A DNA stretch of 50,682 nucleotides from a virus (IMGVR_UViG_3300031953_000022:1-50682), one strand, 5' to 3'. Positions 36,472 to 45,739 are shown, counted from the first letter of the stretch. Numbers and translations are program-made. The notes: generated by a model from the letters alone, not told the origin.

Positions 36472-37635
36472 TTACTTGATTGCTGAAAGCTTTGTTAAGA
36501 AAGTTTTCGTAAGAAAATCGGCTTCCCCGATATAATCGATTAAAAGAGAATCGATTGAAGCGTCTTTTATAACCACTTCCGGGCTGTAGTCTATTGTTAA
36601 GGATTTTATAACCGCCTCCGCTTTTTCTTTGTCCGGTTGCAGGGCTTTTAATCGTTTTGCTAGTTTTGCCTTTTCAACTTTTTCGGCTTCGATTCTTTTT
36701 ACCTCTGCTTCAATTGCTGCTTTTTCCTGCTTTTCTTTCACAATGACCGCAAGCCTGGCATCTTCGATATCGGCAAGGCGTTTCTTTTCCTCTTCAATTT
36801 CCAGGCGCTGCAAGGCCAGTTCTTTTATTTCAGATTCGCGGGCCGCGCGTTCTTTTGCCTCAACTTGTTTTTTAAGCAAATCTTCTTTTTCGGCTTTTTC
36901 CCTGGCATCGGCTTGCTCTTTCGCGAATGCAGCGCGTTCTCTTTTTTCAACTTTTTTTCTTGCGGCTTGCTCTTTTTCAAAGGCCGCGCGTTCGGCTGCT
37001 AATTTTTCGGCTTCTAACCTGGTATTTTCTTTTTCTGTCAGGTATTGGATTTTTTCTTGAAGTTGGATTCTTAGAAGAGTGCAATTATCCGCATGATCCG
37101 ATTCAAACTCTTCCATTTCTATTTTAGATTGAATATTCAAAGCTTCAGCAATTGCCACGTCAAGTGATTTAAGATCTCCAAATTCAGCTTTTGATATTTC
37201 GTGTTTCCAGTCCACGTAAAAATCATTGATTGACATTTGCAAGGCTTGTTTACGCTCTTTTTCGATCCGTTCTTTTTCCAGGCGCTCCATTTCTTTAGCC
37301 GCCTCATAACGCCTTACCTCTTCTTGCTGTTTATCTTCGTGAGGTTGGGTAATCGCGATAAGTTCCTCTGAAATTTTAGCGGCCTCACTCCTTATTTCCT
37401 TCAATTTTGAAGCGATAAGTTTATCCTGTTTTTGAATATCGGTACGTGCAGAAACAAGCGCGGTCCGGTTATTTTTCCCTTTCTCATAGGTTTTCGGATC
37501 TTCACAGGAAACAAAGGGGTTGGCCTTTACAATAGCCTGTTGTTTCTCTTTCCATCCCTGAAGTTCAGGTAAATTTCTTACCTGGATAAGATCCAATGTG
37601 ATCACTTCTTTTTCTAAAGTCTCAGAATTTTGCAT
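36472..37635 (-). CDS. Long coiled-coil phage protein
   Basis: E/K/A-rich; typical position before recombination genes. Confidence 0.7.
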   Translation of the reverse strand: MQNSETLEKEVITLDLIQVRNLPELQGWKEKQQAIVKANPFVSCEDPKTYEKGKNNRTALVSARTDIQKQDKLIASKLKEIRSEAAKISEELIAITQPHEDKQQEEVRRYEAAKEMERLEKERIEKERKQALQMSINDFYVDWKHEISKAEFGDLKSLDVAIAEALNIQSKIEMEEFESDHADNCTLLRIQLQEKIQYLTEKENTRLEAEKLAAERAAFEKEQAARKKVEKRERAAFAKEQADAREKAEKEDLLKKQVEAKERAARESEIKELALQRLEIEEEKKRLADIEDARLAVIVKEKQEKAAIEAEVKRIEAEKVEKAKLAKRLKALQPDKEKAEAVIKSLTIDYSPEVVIKDASIDSLLIDYIGEADFLTKTFLTKLSAIK

Positions 37636-37668
37636 AAATTTGATTTTTTTGTTGATTATTGATTTTAA

Positions 37669-37860
37669 TTAAAGCCCTGTTTCCGCAGGGTTTTTTTTAT
37701 TGATTTTTGCGTATTCTTTTAAAAGGATAATTAAGCCCACTGCCATTCCTGTTATGACATACCCGGCTAAACTCTCAAAATCCTTCACCAAAAACACAAG
37801 TGAAATCACTGCGGTAATCAGTAGGTAAAAAACGATCAGCATTGTTCTAAGTGGTATCAT
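37669..37860 (-). CDS. Small membrane protein
   Basis: Two hydrophobic helices. Confidence 0.6.
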   Translation of the reverse strand: MIPLRTMLIVFYLLITAVISLVFLVKDFESLAGYVITGMAVGLIILLKEYAKINKKNPAETGL

Positions 37861-38003
37861 GCGCTTGCTTTTAACAGGTTTAACTCTTCTTTTATTTCCC
37901 GAAAAAAAGCATTCATAAAAATCCTTTCGTCCTGGTTCAATTCTTCCATTCGCTTGTTATTTACAAGCCAACGGCCTTGGCTGAATTCTGTTTTTATCGT
38001 CAT
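37857..38003 (-). CDS. Small hypothetical protein
   Basis: Own translation MTIKTEFSQGRWLVNNKRMEELNQDERIFMNAFFREIK... Confidence 0.6.
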   Translation of the reverse strand: MTIKTEFSQGRWLVNNKRMEELNQDERIFMNAFFREIKEELNLLKASA

Positions 38004-38084
38004 TGTTATGATTATAAATTCGTACTATTTCATCGCTTAGCATTTCTGAAATTCTGATTTCGTGGTAACTTTCCGTCAAATTCA

Positions 38085-38303
38085 TTATGCGGGAACTATC
38101 TTATCAATGAATTGAAGCTTTGGAATTCTCCATGTCCTGCCTATAAATTGGGCCTTAAACTCCTTAGAATGAATTTTGTTTAAAACCGTTTTCGGATGGA
38201 TTTTAAACCAGTCGGCACATTCGTCAACTGTCATACAAACATTGTTTGCATCGTGAAGCCTAAGGGCTTCCATTGTCGCTTTAATTGATTCTTGTCTTTC
38301 CAT
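38085..38303 (-). CDS. Excisionase-like HTH_17 protein
   Basis: MTVDECADWFKIHPKTV...KAQFIGRTWRIP. Confidence 0.8.
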   Translation of the reverse strand: MERQESIKATMEALRLHDANNVCMTVDECADWFKIHPKTVLNKIHSKEFKAQFIGRTWRIPKLQFIDKIVPA

Positions 38304-38530
38304 TACTTACTTTTCTTTTTTGAAATCTTTAATTCCGCTTCGATAATTTCTATCATCTTTAGATCTAAAGGAATTTCAGTCCTTAATTGAGATTTTGAGA
38401 AATAATGCTTCATAAGGTATTTAGGGCTCCTGTCTATCTTTGGGGCTAGGGAAATGACAAAATCCGTTTTGCTTTCCAGGGCGTTGCAATCCTTCTCGAT
38501 CTTAGCCCTTCTTTTTTCTAAATCTTTCAT
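38303..38530 (-). CDS. Hypothetical, possible HTH
   Basis: 75 aa; loosely similar in layout to 40223-40438. Confidence 0.55.
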   Translation of the reverse strand: MKDLEKRRAKIEKDCNALESKTDFVISLAPKIDRSPKYLMKHYFSKSQLRTEIPLDLKMIEIIEAELKISKKKSK

Positions 38531-38775
38531 TAGTTTTGAGCTGTGTTAAGGTTGAATTCCAGGAGTTCCAGACCCCATTTCTTTTCCGCACCTATCAGGG
38601 CTGTTTTTGCCGTGAAATCTGAATCTTTTCCCATTACCGTATGGTTGTCGTGAAAAACATATTTAGATGAACCGGGTGCTTTTACGTGAAGTTCCACACT
38701 GGTATAAGCGGGCGTGCAAACTAATTGCACTTCGTATTTCATAGGCATTTCGCCTTTTCCGTTAATGATCCTCAT
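38530..38775 (-). CDS. Hypothetical protein
   Basis: 81 aa, coupled. Confidence 0.6.
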   Translation of the reverse strand: MRIINGKGEMPMKYEVQLVCTPAYTSVELHVKAPGSSKYVFHDNHTVMGKDSDFTAKTALIGAEKKWGLELLEFNLNTAQN

Positions 38776-39107
38776 TAGGACGGAAGGTTGAGTTCTTTTC
38801 TTAAATTTTCGTAAGCGGCCAATTTTTGGGAGTGAAGATCTCCGTTTTTAAAATCGGCCAAAGGCTTATCCAAATTCTTCCAAACAGATTTCTTTTCTTT
38901 TTCATTAAAAATTAATTTCATAAAAGAATCTTCTCCTTCATACGTCCTTAAACGGTCTGATCCGTTTGAAACCCATAAGGCAAAATCAAAATCTTTATCA
39001 ATAACAATATGAATTACATACTGTGAAAATTCTTTGATCTCAAACTCCCCATTGATAAGTTTTTGTTTGAAATATTCCTGCACGGCTAAAATGGTTTCTT
39101 TTGTCAT
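38775..39107 (-). CDS. Hypothetical protein
   Basis: 110 aa. Confidence 0.65.
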   Translation of the reverse strand: MTKETILAVQEYFKQKLINGEFEIKEFSQYVIHIVIDKDFDFALWVSNGSDRLRTYEGEDSFMKLIFNEKEKKSVWKNLDKPLADFKNGDLHSQKLAAYENLRKELNLPS

Positions 39108-39129
39108 GATCTTTATTTTTAGTTGGTTA

Positions 39130-39414
39130 TTATTTCAAGGCTTTATTGATTGCTTTTTCGGCTTTTAAAAATTTCTTTTGGACTGACATATGCAGGTCGG
39201 CATAGTGTCCTAAGTGCGGTAAAATCTCTTGCAACGCTTCCAATAATTCAGGGGCTGCGGCTATTAATTTAGCATCAGCCTCTAATTCTCCTTCTTTACT
39301 TAACTCTGCATCATAAACCTCCGCAATGGTTTTACCTTCATCGCTTTTAATGGCAAAACACAAACTTTTTTGCAATTCACAATTCCATTTTCCTTTTGTT
39401 CCTTGAAATTCCAT
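39130..39414 (-). CDS. Conserved phage hypothetical protein
   Basis: FQGTKGKW...ADAKLIAAAPELLEAL family motif. Confidence 0.8.
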   Translation of the reverse strand: MEFQGTKGKWNCELQKSLCFAIKSDEGKTIAEVYDAELSKEGELEADAKLIAAAPELLEALQEILPHLGHYADLHMSVQKKFLKAEKAINKALK

Positions 39415-39454
39415 AATTGTAGTTTTAGTTGGTTAATATGTTCCATTATTTTTT

Positions 39455-40210
39455 TTATACGGCCTGAAGCCTGAATTTGCTCATTTGGCTGTGAATGAAT
39501 TCCCTGCCCTTCTCTGTCCATACCAATTGCATACTGGTTTTTTGACTCCCTTCGCTATCGGTGTAGGTGTAGGTCTTGGTTTTGGTGTAGCCGTTGTTCT
39601 GGTATTTGGAATACAGCATCCAGGTGTCATTTTGCTTATAAATGATCCGGTTTTTTGCCAGTTGACGGTTAAGGGTTACGGCGCTTGTTCCCAGTTCCTT
39701 TGCTATCTGGTTGGTAACATAGGTACTCTTGCTGTCAAGCACCTTGTTTACATAAGCTACTTTTGGAGCCTGGATCTTGATTTGCTCTTCTAAGAGTTGG
39801 TTGCGTTCTTCAGAATCTACAGCAATCCTTAAGGCTTCCAGTTTGGAAATATTGGCGTAGGGGTTTAAGGCTTCTTTTTCTTTTTGGATGAAATACTTTC
39901 TAGCTATTGCACCTTTATCGTTGCGCTGAATCATAGAGATTTCTTTTGCACAATCAATGGTTAAAACGTAATCTCTTTTGCTAACTTGCTGATTTTCAGA
40001 CTTGCTAATTTCAGCGCCTTTGTAATCGAATTCGAATATGGAATAGTCAGTATTTTCTTCAAATCCGTATTCCAGCATCCTTTTGATCCAATGAGCGAAC
40101 ATTTCTCCTTTTTGGCCTCCTTTAGCATCTTGAATTAAGAATTGGTGTAGCTCTCTTGCGCTAACTGCTTTGCCGTTTGTGGTTTCTGATATTTTGATTA
40201 ATTCTTTCAT
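39455..40210 (-). CDS. Phage antirepressor (AntA N-terminus, KilAC C-terminus)
   Basis: AVSARELH, AKEISMIQR, APKVAY, QIAKELG, WTEKGR. Confidence 0.9.
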   Translation of the reverse strand: MKELIKISETTNGKAVSARELHQFLIQDAKGGQKGEMFAHWIKRMLEYGFEENTDYSIFEFDYKGAEISKSENQQVSKRDYVLTIDCAKEISMIQRNDKGAIARKYFIQKEKEALNPYANISKLEALRIAVDSEERNQLLEEQIKIQAPKVAYVNKVLDSKSTYVTNQIAKELGTSAVTLNRQLAKNRIIYKQNDTWMLYSKYQNNGYTKTKTYTYTDSEGSQKTSMQLVWTEKGREFIHSQMSKFRLQAV

Positions 40211-40222
40211 AAGTCTGGTTTT

Positions 40223-40438
40223 TTAGCTTCTAAGGCTTTTTAAAAATCTTTTTTCTTTGGTGAGTTGCTTTTTAAGCAACCGTACCATATCCTTCTGCCT
40301 GTCAAGGGGAATAGTGCCGTTACTGATCCAGTGGCCTTTTATGGTGTTGGGGTTTTTTTTGAATTTCACACCTGCCACCCTGGCGAATTCGCCCTTGTTT
40401 TTCAATTGAGCGTACAGCTCTTTTATTTCTTCTATCAT
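40223..40438 (-). CDS. Cro-like small DNA-binding protein
   Basis: 71 aa basic HTH-like; early operon divergent from cI. Confidence 0.5.
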   Translation of the reverse strand: MIEEIKELYAQLKNKGEFARVAGVKFKKNPNTIKGHWISNGTIPLDRQKDMVRLLKKQLTKEKRFLKSLRS

Positions 40439-40498
40439 TGTATTTTTTCTAAGGTGTTCGTTTTTTATGCCTGTGATACTCTGTGGAGTTCTTTAGTC

Positions 40499-40888
40499 TT
40501 AAGCGTTAATGGTTGATTTCGAGTTATACGGGCTCGCAGCAAATACACTAATCGCATTGTGCACCGCCTGTTTTTGTGGGGATTTGTCGTAGTTGATCTT
40601 TTTGAAGTGGTTGAGAATGGAAATCCTTAAAGCCATTTCCTTAAACACTGATCTTGTTAAGGAATCTTTAACAAGTATTCCTTTGGTGTCTATGGAAGAA
40701 AAAATTCGAAAAAACTTAGCCCGGTAGCCTTCATGTAAATTGTTAAACAACACTACTTTAGCGTAATTTTTAGCGGTTTTTTTATCAGAAAATTTTCCTA
40801 TCTTTAATAATCGTTCACTGATGTGATCAAATCCTCCCCGCACGTCCTCCTGTGATAAATATTGATATTTAAGTTTGAGTGTTTTCAT
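40499..40888 (-). CDS. Hypothetical early protein
   Basis: First gene of the leftward early operon. Confidence 0.65.
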   Translation of the reverse strand: MKTLKLKYQYLSQEDVRGGFDHISERLLKIGKFSDKKTAKNYAKVVLFNNLHEGYRAKFFRIFSSIDTKGILVKDSLTRSVFKEMALRISILNHFKKINYDKSPQKQAVHNAISVFAASPYNSKSTINA

Positions 40889-40917
40889 AATTTTATTATC
40901 TTGGCTTATCGGTGTAA

Positions 40918-40960
40918 CAAATATACAACAGGTTTCGAAACTAAAGGTAAGTTTCGCAAC
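40918..40960 (-). promoter_or_regulatory. Early lytic promoter with repressor operators
   Basis: -7 TATATTTG 40925-40918; GTTTCGAAAC 40932-40941 and GTTTCGCAAC 40951-40960. Confidence 0.7.
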
Positions 40961-41005
40961 AAAGTTTCATTCAAAAACCGTTAAAGTTTTGTTAATACAG
41001 TTCAA

Positions 41006-41707
41006 ATGCCTGAAAATCAAAGTAAAGAAAATGTCGAAAGACGAAACAAAGCCTTTTTAAAGGCTGTAGATTCTCTAAAATTGAAAAGTCCCAATAAGCA
41101 ATTAGTGCAGGATCTGGAGTTCAGTAAGGGGAATATTAGCCGTATTTTGAACGGAAGGCAAGATGTTTCAGACAATTTAGCTGAAAGTTTCGAAACTTTT
41201 TATAATCTGGATTTAAAGGATTTTGAAGAAGATGAGGAGCCCCCTATAAATATTCTACACGAACCTAAGGCGACCGAATACCGAAGCAACCAAAATATAC
41301 CTTTATATGGCATAGAAGCTACCGCAGGAGTTGTTTCTTTGCTCCGAGACCCGAAGTCTCACAAGCCTATAGATACCATTAGAATCCCTAACATGCCAAA
41401 TTGCGATGGGGCTATAACCGTTACAGGAGACAGTATGTACCCGTTGATAAAATCAGGGGATATTGTGCTTTATAAATCAATTACTGATATTCCTCAAAGC
41501 GTGTTTTTTGGAAATATGTACCTGGTGTCAATTGATGTGGAGGGGGATGAAATGGTAATGGTGAAATACGTACAACGGGGAAAAGACGAAAACCATATTA
41601 TGCTGGTGTCAGAAAACAAACATCACGCAGATAAGGAAATTCACATAAAATATATCAATGCAATGGCATTGGTGAAAGCTAATATTAGATTCAATACATT
41701 GACTTAA
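41006..41707 (+). CDS. CI-like repressor (HTH plus S24 peptidase)
   Basis: SKGNISRILNG HTH; ATAG cleavage site; VTGDSMYP; VK catalytic Lys. Confidence 0.92.
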   Translation: MPENQSKENVERRNKAFLKAVDSLKLKSPNKQLVQDLEFSKGNISRILNGRQDVSDNLAESFETFYNLDLKDFEEDEEPPINILHEPKATEYRSNQNIPLYGIEATAGVVSLLRDPKSHKPIDTIRIPNMPNCDGAITVTGDSMYPLIKSGDIVLYKSITDIPQSVFFGNMYLVSIDVEGDEMVMVKYVQRGKDENHIMLVSENKHHADKEIHIKYINAMALVKANIRFNTLT

Positions 41708-41718
41708 ATACTATATTT

Positions 41719-42060
41719 ATGAAAGGATGTTTAAAAGTATTAGGAGTATTTTTTGTCGGGTTCATATTGTTAATGATATTTCTCCCTGATGATGTAAATG
41801 AAAAAGAGCCGGAAGAGGCGGACAAAATGGATGCCTTTTATTATGCTGAACAAGCGGTGGAGGGCCATTTAAAAGCACCTTCTACAGCGGAATTTGCCAG
41901 TTATAATCCTGCCAATATAACCCAGGAAGGTAATACGTTTTACGTCCGGTCTTACGTAGATTCCCAGAACGGATTCGGGGCTATGGTACGGAGCGATTTT
42001 GAAGTGAGGGTAATTTTTGTGGACGATAAAATACAAACAAGAATTTTAAAATTTGAATAA
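41719..42060 (+). CDS. Membrane-anchored lysogeny-region protein
   Basis: N-terminal TM; LKAPSTAEF and VDSQNGFGAMVR motifs. Confidence 0.75.
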   Translation: MKGCLKVLGVFFVGFILLMIFLPDDVNEKEPEEADKMDAFYYAEQAVEGHLKAPSTAEFASYNPANITQEGNTFYVRSYVDSQNGFGAMVRSDFEVRVIFVDDKIQTRILKFE

Positions 42061-42062
42061 TT

Positions 42063-42566
42063 ATGAAAAAATTACTTTTTTTGCTTTTAGCTGTCTTAAT
42101 TTTTGGGTGCTCTACTGAAGAAAATGAAGAGGAAAGAAGGCAGGAAACCCCTGAAACATTTAGCGTTAAGTATGAAATTTTAGGCCACGGAGAAATTCCT
42201 CAAATATCATACTCTTCCAATGAAGGAGGCGTGGTGGTTGACCACGACGAAGATGAACCTTATTACGACGCTTCAGGTGTACGCATGCCTTTTGTTAAAG
42301 AAATCCAATACACCACAAAATTAGATGGAGAGGTTCAGCCTAATGGGACAACTATTTACGGTTGTGATAATATTTCTATTTCTGCTTATGCCAATAGAAA
42401 CCACGGTTACATAGAAGCTATGAACATATACATTAACGGTGTTTTAAAAGACTCGAGAACCAGTGGTAATTATTACATGCCTGGTGAAACTTGGCCGCTT
42501 TGGGGAAGTGCCTCCTTTACCTATCTAAGAAGAGGGGCTGATCCGAACGATTATGGGTGTGATTAA
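42063..42566 (+). CDS. Lipoprotein
   Basis: MKKLLFLLLAVLIFG-C lipobox followed by acidic stretch. Confidence 0.8.
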   Translation: MKKLLFLLLAVLIFGCSTEENEEERRQETPETFSVKYEILGHGEIPQISYSSNEGGVVVDHDEDEPYYDASGVRMPFVKEIQYTTKLDGEVQPNGTTIYGCDNISISAYANRNHGYIEAMNIYINGVLKDSRTSGNYYMPGETWPLWGSASFTYLRRGADPNDYGCD

Positions 42567-42701
42567 TCATTACCCCTAAATTGAACTCACTGCATCAATT
42601 ATAAAGCACCTTATTTAGAACGTTTATAAATTACAGCCCCTTCCGAAAATAATTGCAGTTATGTTTTTATTTTAGGTAATTTTGCCACATAATATAACAT
42701 T

Positions 42702-42899
42702 ATGAAAGATACCAATAAGTTACTTCAGGAATTAATCGCCAAGATTGACGGGATGGAAAATAAGGTTGATAATTTAGAAAAATCTTTGGATAGTGGTTTT
42801 AAAGGGATTTACAAAAGACTGGACGGGATAGACCACGAACTTAAAAAGCTAAATACCGTCACTAAGTATAAAGATAAGTGGGATAATATCCCAGCTTAA
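42702..42899 (+). CDS. Small coiled-coil protein
   Basis: Heptad pattern; own TAATTTTG element at 42678-42685. Confidence 0.65.
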   Translation: MKDTNKLLQELIAKIDGMENKVDNLEKSLDSGFKGIYKRLDGIDHELKKLNTVTKYKDKWDNIPA

Positions 42900-42900
42900 T

Positions 42901-44115
42901 TCATTCCCACGCCTTATTAATCTGATCTATCACAGATTTTTGGGAAGTTTTTTTATATTTCTGCAAAGTCTGTACATTCCGGATTCCGGTAACTTTCATA
43001 ATTATATGGTCCGGCAGTCCCTTTTCTGAAGAAAGGGTTATAAAAGTCCTTCGGGCTGTATGGCTTGAAACCATTTTCCATTTAGGAATATAATTCACTT
43101 TTTTTTCATTGCCCCGGTAAACCGTTTCTTTTATTTCCTGGTCCATTCCCGCGGCTTTGCAAATTGCCTGGATATGCGGGTTGAATTTTTGGCTACTGAT
43201 CTCTGGCAATTCCCAGTCGTATTTATCCAGTAAATTCCTTAATTTCCCATGCAAAGGGATAAATGATTCCTGCTCCGTTTTTTCGGCCCGCTTGATAATA
43301 AGATCTCCCTGCACGTCCGATTTTTCGAATACGGAATAATCTGAAAACCGCTGGCCGGAATAAACCCCGATTAAAAAAACATCCCGAACCTTCTCTTTTT
43401 GCCCGGTAAGATTCATTATTTCCAAGGCGACAACTTCCTCTGTGGTCAGGTGAACATCGTCGGCCTGGTATTTCTTTACCTTGTTCTTAGGCAAATCGTT
43501 GTTGTGGTACTTCCCTTTAGCCCAAATTAAGAAGGTAAACAGGAAATTGATGTTACGGTGCAGCGTGTTATCGTTATGCGGCTTAAAAGGCTTTATTTTA
43601 ATGGTTCTTAAAAATCCTGAATAAGAATCTAACCAATCTTCGTCGATATCGTTGAATTGAATTTCCTTTTTATTTCTTTGAAACGCTTCCAATTTTGCCT
43701 TTAAATTGCTGTATTTCTGGTTCCAGGTATGCGATTGAGCGCCGGATCTGTTCTTACTGTCAATAAATTCCTGAAGGGTTTCGATAAAATTAAGCTCCTG
43801 TTTTTTCTCGTGTTTAAACTGATCTTCAAAAACTTGCTTTAGTCCGGATCTGGTAAGCGGTTTATTTTCTTCCAGGGACCTTCTCAATTCCGATTCCAAA
43901 AGTTCAGAATACTGCGTTAGAATAGAAGACAAATGTTTGTGCTGAATTCCTTTATTTCCTCTCAGGATTTTTGGCGCCCGGTTTCCAAAATCCCAGAATT
44001 CAGATTCAATTTTCTGCCCGGTAGAATATTTGAAATTCTTTTTTTCAAATTTCAGGTAGTGAATTATATTAATTCTGCTTATTTTTGCGGTCGGGTTTTC
44101 AAGGTAGAAATACAT
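42901..44115 (-). CDS. int: Tyrosine integrase
   Basis: SGQRFSD, K, SSHTARRTF, TG(I), Y catalytic motifs; N-terminal arm-binding and SAM-like domains. Confidence 0.95.
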   Translation of the reverse strand: MYFYLENPTAKISRINIIHYLKFEKKNFKYSTGQKIESEFWDFGNRAPKILRGNKGIQHKHLSSILTQYSELLESELRRSLEENKPLTRSGLKQVFEDQFKHEKKQELNFIETLQEFIDSKNRSGAQSHTWNQKYSNLKAKLEAFQRNKKEIQFNDIDEDWLDSYSGFLRTIKIKPFKPHNDNTLHRNINFLFTFLIWAKGKYHNNDLPKNKVKKYQADDVHLTTEEVVALEIMNLTGQKEKVRDVFLIGVYSGQRFSDYSVFEKSDVQGDLIIKRAEKTEQESFIPLHGKLRNLLDKYDWELPEISSQKFNPHIQAICKAAGMDQEIKETVYRGNEKKVNYIPKWKMVSSHTARRTFITLSSEKGLPDHIIMKVTGIRNVQTLQKYKKTSQKSVIDQINKAWE

Positions 44116-44120
44116 GGCGT

Positions 44121-44382
44121 TTACTTTCCGCTAATATAATTCACGGAATGAAATACGGAAAGTAAAACCTTATTTAATTTCCTATTGAAAGTAAGTTTGT
44201 GGATAAGAAATAAATATTATACCTTTGAAGTATCAATAAAATAAGGGTTTTTAGCTCTAAAGTTCTTTTAAATAAATATCATAAGGATAAGTTAAATTTT
44301 GTAGCGGGGGTCTCATACTCTCCGCAATAAACCCAGTAAACACAAGGGTTTCAAAATTTTACGGAAAGTATTACGGAAAGTA
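44121..44382. other. attP: tRNA 3'-end-like core flanked by arm-type repeats
   Basis: Core TCTCATACTCTCCGCA 44311-44326; TACGGAAAGTA at 44154, 44360 and 44372; inverted copy 44121-44130. Confidence 0.7.
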
Positions 44383-44414
44383 AAAGCCGCTTCATTAATT
44401 TGGGGCGGCTTTTT
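44382..44414 (+). terminator. Intrinsic terminator downstream of att core
   Basis: AAAAGCCGCTTCA...TGGGGCGGCTTTTT. Confidence 0.8.
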
Positions 44415-44450
44415 GCATTTAAAATAAATATGTTAAACTTTCTTTAATAA

Positions 44451-44482
44451 GTTGCATATATGCAACAATAGGACTATATTTA
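44451..44482 (+). promoter_or_regulatory. Promoter with perfect 16-bp palindromic operator
   Basis: GTTGCATATATGCAAC 44451-44466; TATATTTA 44475-44482. Confidence 0.7.
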
Positions 44483-44509
44483 CATATAGAAATTAAAGAA
44501 ACAGAAACT

Positions 44510-44773
44510 ATGAAAACTCTAAAAATTGAAAACGTAAAGATCAACAACAAAGGAAAAAACTTTCATTCCTCTTGTTACGAAGGCTTAAATTCTGAAATAG
44601 AAAGACTTAATAATTATATTGAGAAAAAAGGAGCTATTTCACCAAGGCAACAACCCGTATTGGACATCTTAAATTACGCAATGGAAAACGAAGTCACCAT
44701 ACAGCAATTAGATGCCGCCTTGTTATTCTGTCAGGATGATTTCAAAAAAGCAATGGGATTCTTTTCAAGATAA
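44510..44773 (+). CDS. Hypothetical protein (anti-defence candidate)
   Basis: 87 aa; first gene of a 3-gene moron. Confidence 0.7.
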   Translation: MKTLKIENVKINNKGKNFHSSCYEGLNSEIERLNNYIEKKGAISPRQQPVLDILNYAMENEVTIQQLDAALLFCQDDFKKAMGFFSR

Positions 44774-44800
44774 TAATTAAAATCATAAAAACTAAAAACG

Positions 44801-45073
44801 ATGAAAAATAAAGAAATTAACACAGAAGAATTTGTTAAAACACTTAACAAACAACAACCTTATTTTGCTCAGTCAATAAATGGCACTGGGGAAACAAGAT
44901 CATCAAAGAGTGGAAAGGTAAATTTCAATGTTGTACTAAGCGGAAACAACCTAAACATTAATCGTGAAGGAGTGTATAATTCAAATAGATTTGAAATTTA
45001 TAATTCAAAAATCAATTCTATTGAAGAATTAGAATCTATTGTAACAGAAAAATGCGGTCTAAAAAACCTTTAA
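44801..45073 (+). CDS. Hypothetical protein (anti-defence candidate)
   Basis: 90 aa, very AT-rich. Confidence 0.7.
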   Translation: MKNKEINTEEFVKTLNKQQPYFAQSINGTGETRSSKSGKVNFNVVLSGNNLNINREGVYNSNRFEIYNSKINSIEELESIVTEKCGLKNL

Positions 45074-45107
45074 AAAAATTACATTTTCCGCTAAAACTAG
45101 GATTGAA

Positions 45108-45374
45108 ATGTCGAACTACAGCACATCAGCCAATATGGCCTCAGACCTAATCTTTCAATTCATCAAAGCCCGGATGAAGGAAAAGAAGATCACCCAGGAG
45201 GAACTATCGGACCGCATTGGTATCGATAAATCTACCTTGATCCGAAATTTCCAAAAGAAAACCGAAATGTCATTATCTACTTATCTAAAAATATGCGGGG
45301 CTTTGGAGTTGCGGCCTTACCTGGTACCGGCAGAAATTGATACTTCAAAATTCGAGTTCTTGCATTTCAATTAA
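45108..45374 (+). CDS. XRE-family HTH regulator
   Basis: KKITQEELSDRIGIDKSTLIR...SLSTYLKICGAL. Confidence 0.88.
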   Translation: MSNYSTSANMASDLIFQFIKARMKEKKITQEELSDRIGIDKSTLIRNFQKKTEMSLSTYLKICGALELRPYLVPAEIDTSKFEFLHFN

Positions 45375-45739
45375 ATAGACCCCACAACAAATCCGCTCCC
45401 AAATGCGGCTATTGTAGCCAAAACCCAAACAAACCAATTAGATCTTGGTTTCCGGGCTTTTTCGGCTTCATATTGGGTCTGTAGAATAGCGTAGTTTTTA
45501 TTAGTAAGAGCAACTATCATTTCTTTATCGCTAACCTCATTTTTTAAATTAGAAACAAGTTCTATTTGACTCAATATAATAACCTCTGAGGAGCGTAAAT
45601 CAACCTTAAGGCTTTCTACACGTTGAGCGTTTCTAATTGCTTCTTTTGCTTGATCAGGGCTTATTTGGATCTGGGTAAAACCTATTGAAGAGTTTAGAAA
45701 TACTATCAATATCGTTAATATGGTCAATAGTCGTATCAT
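45371..45739 (-). CDS. Spanin-like lysis protein (signal, coiled coil, C-terminal TM)
   Basis: Topology and position after endolysin; overlaps the previous gene. Confidence 0.5.
   Translation of the reverse strand: MIRLLTILTILIVFLNSSIGFTQIQISPDQAKEAIRNAQRVESLKVDLRSSEVIILSQIELVSNLKNEVSDKEMIVALTNKNYAILQTQYEAEKARKPRSNWFVWVLATIAAFGSGFVVGSI

Noticed and set aside
34513-37127. Plus-strand ORFs opposite recombination genes
   Set aside because: Shadow frames of E/K/A-rich coding sequence
27818-40891. 18-bp repeat TTTGAGTGTTTTCATAAT at 27818 and 40874
   Set aside because: Encodes the very common MKTLK start with A/T-rich leader; explained by initiation bias
44300-44330. Complete tRNA gene
   Set aside because: Only a 3' fragment; no matching 5' acceptor, D or anticodon arms upstream
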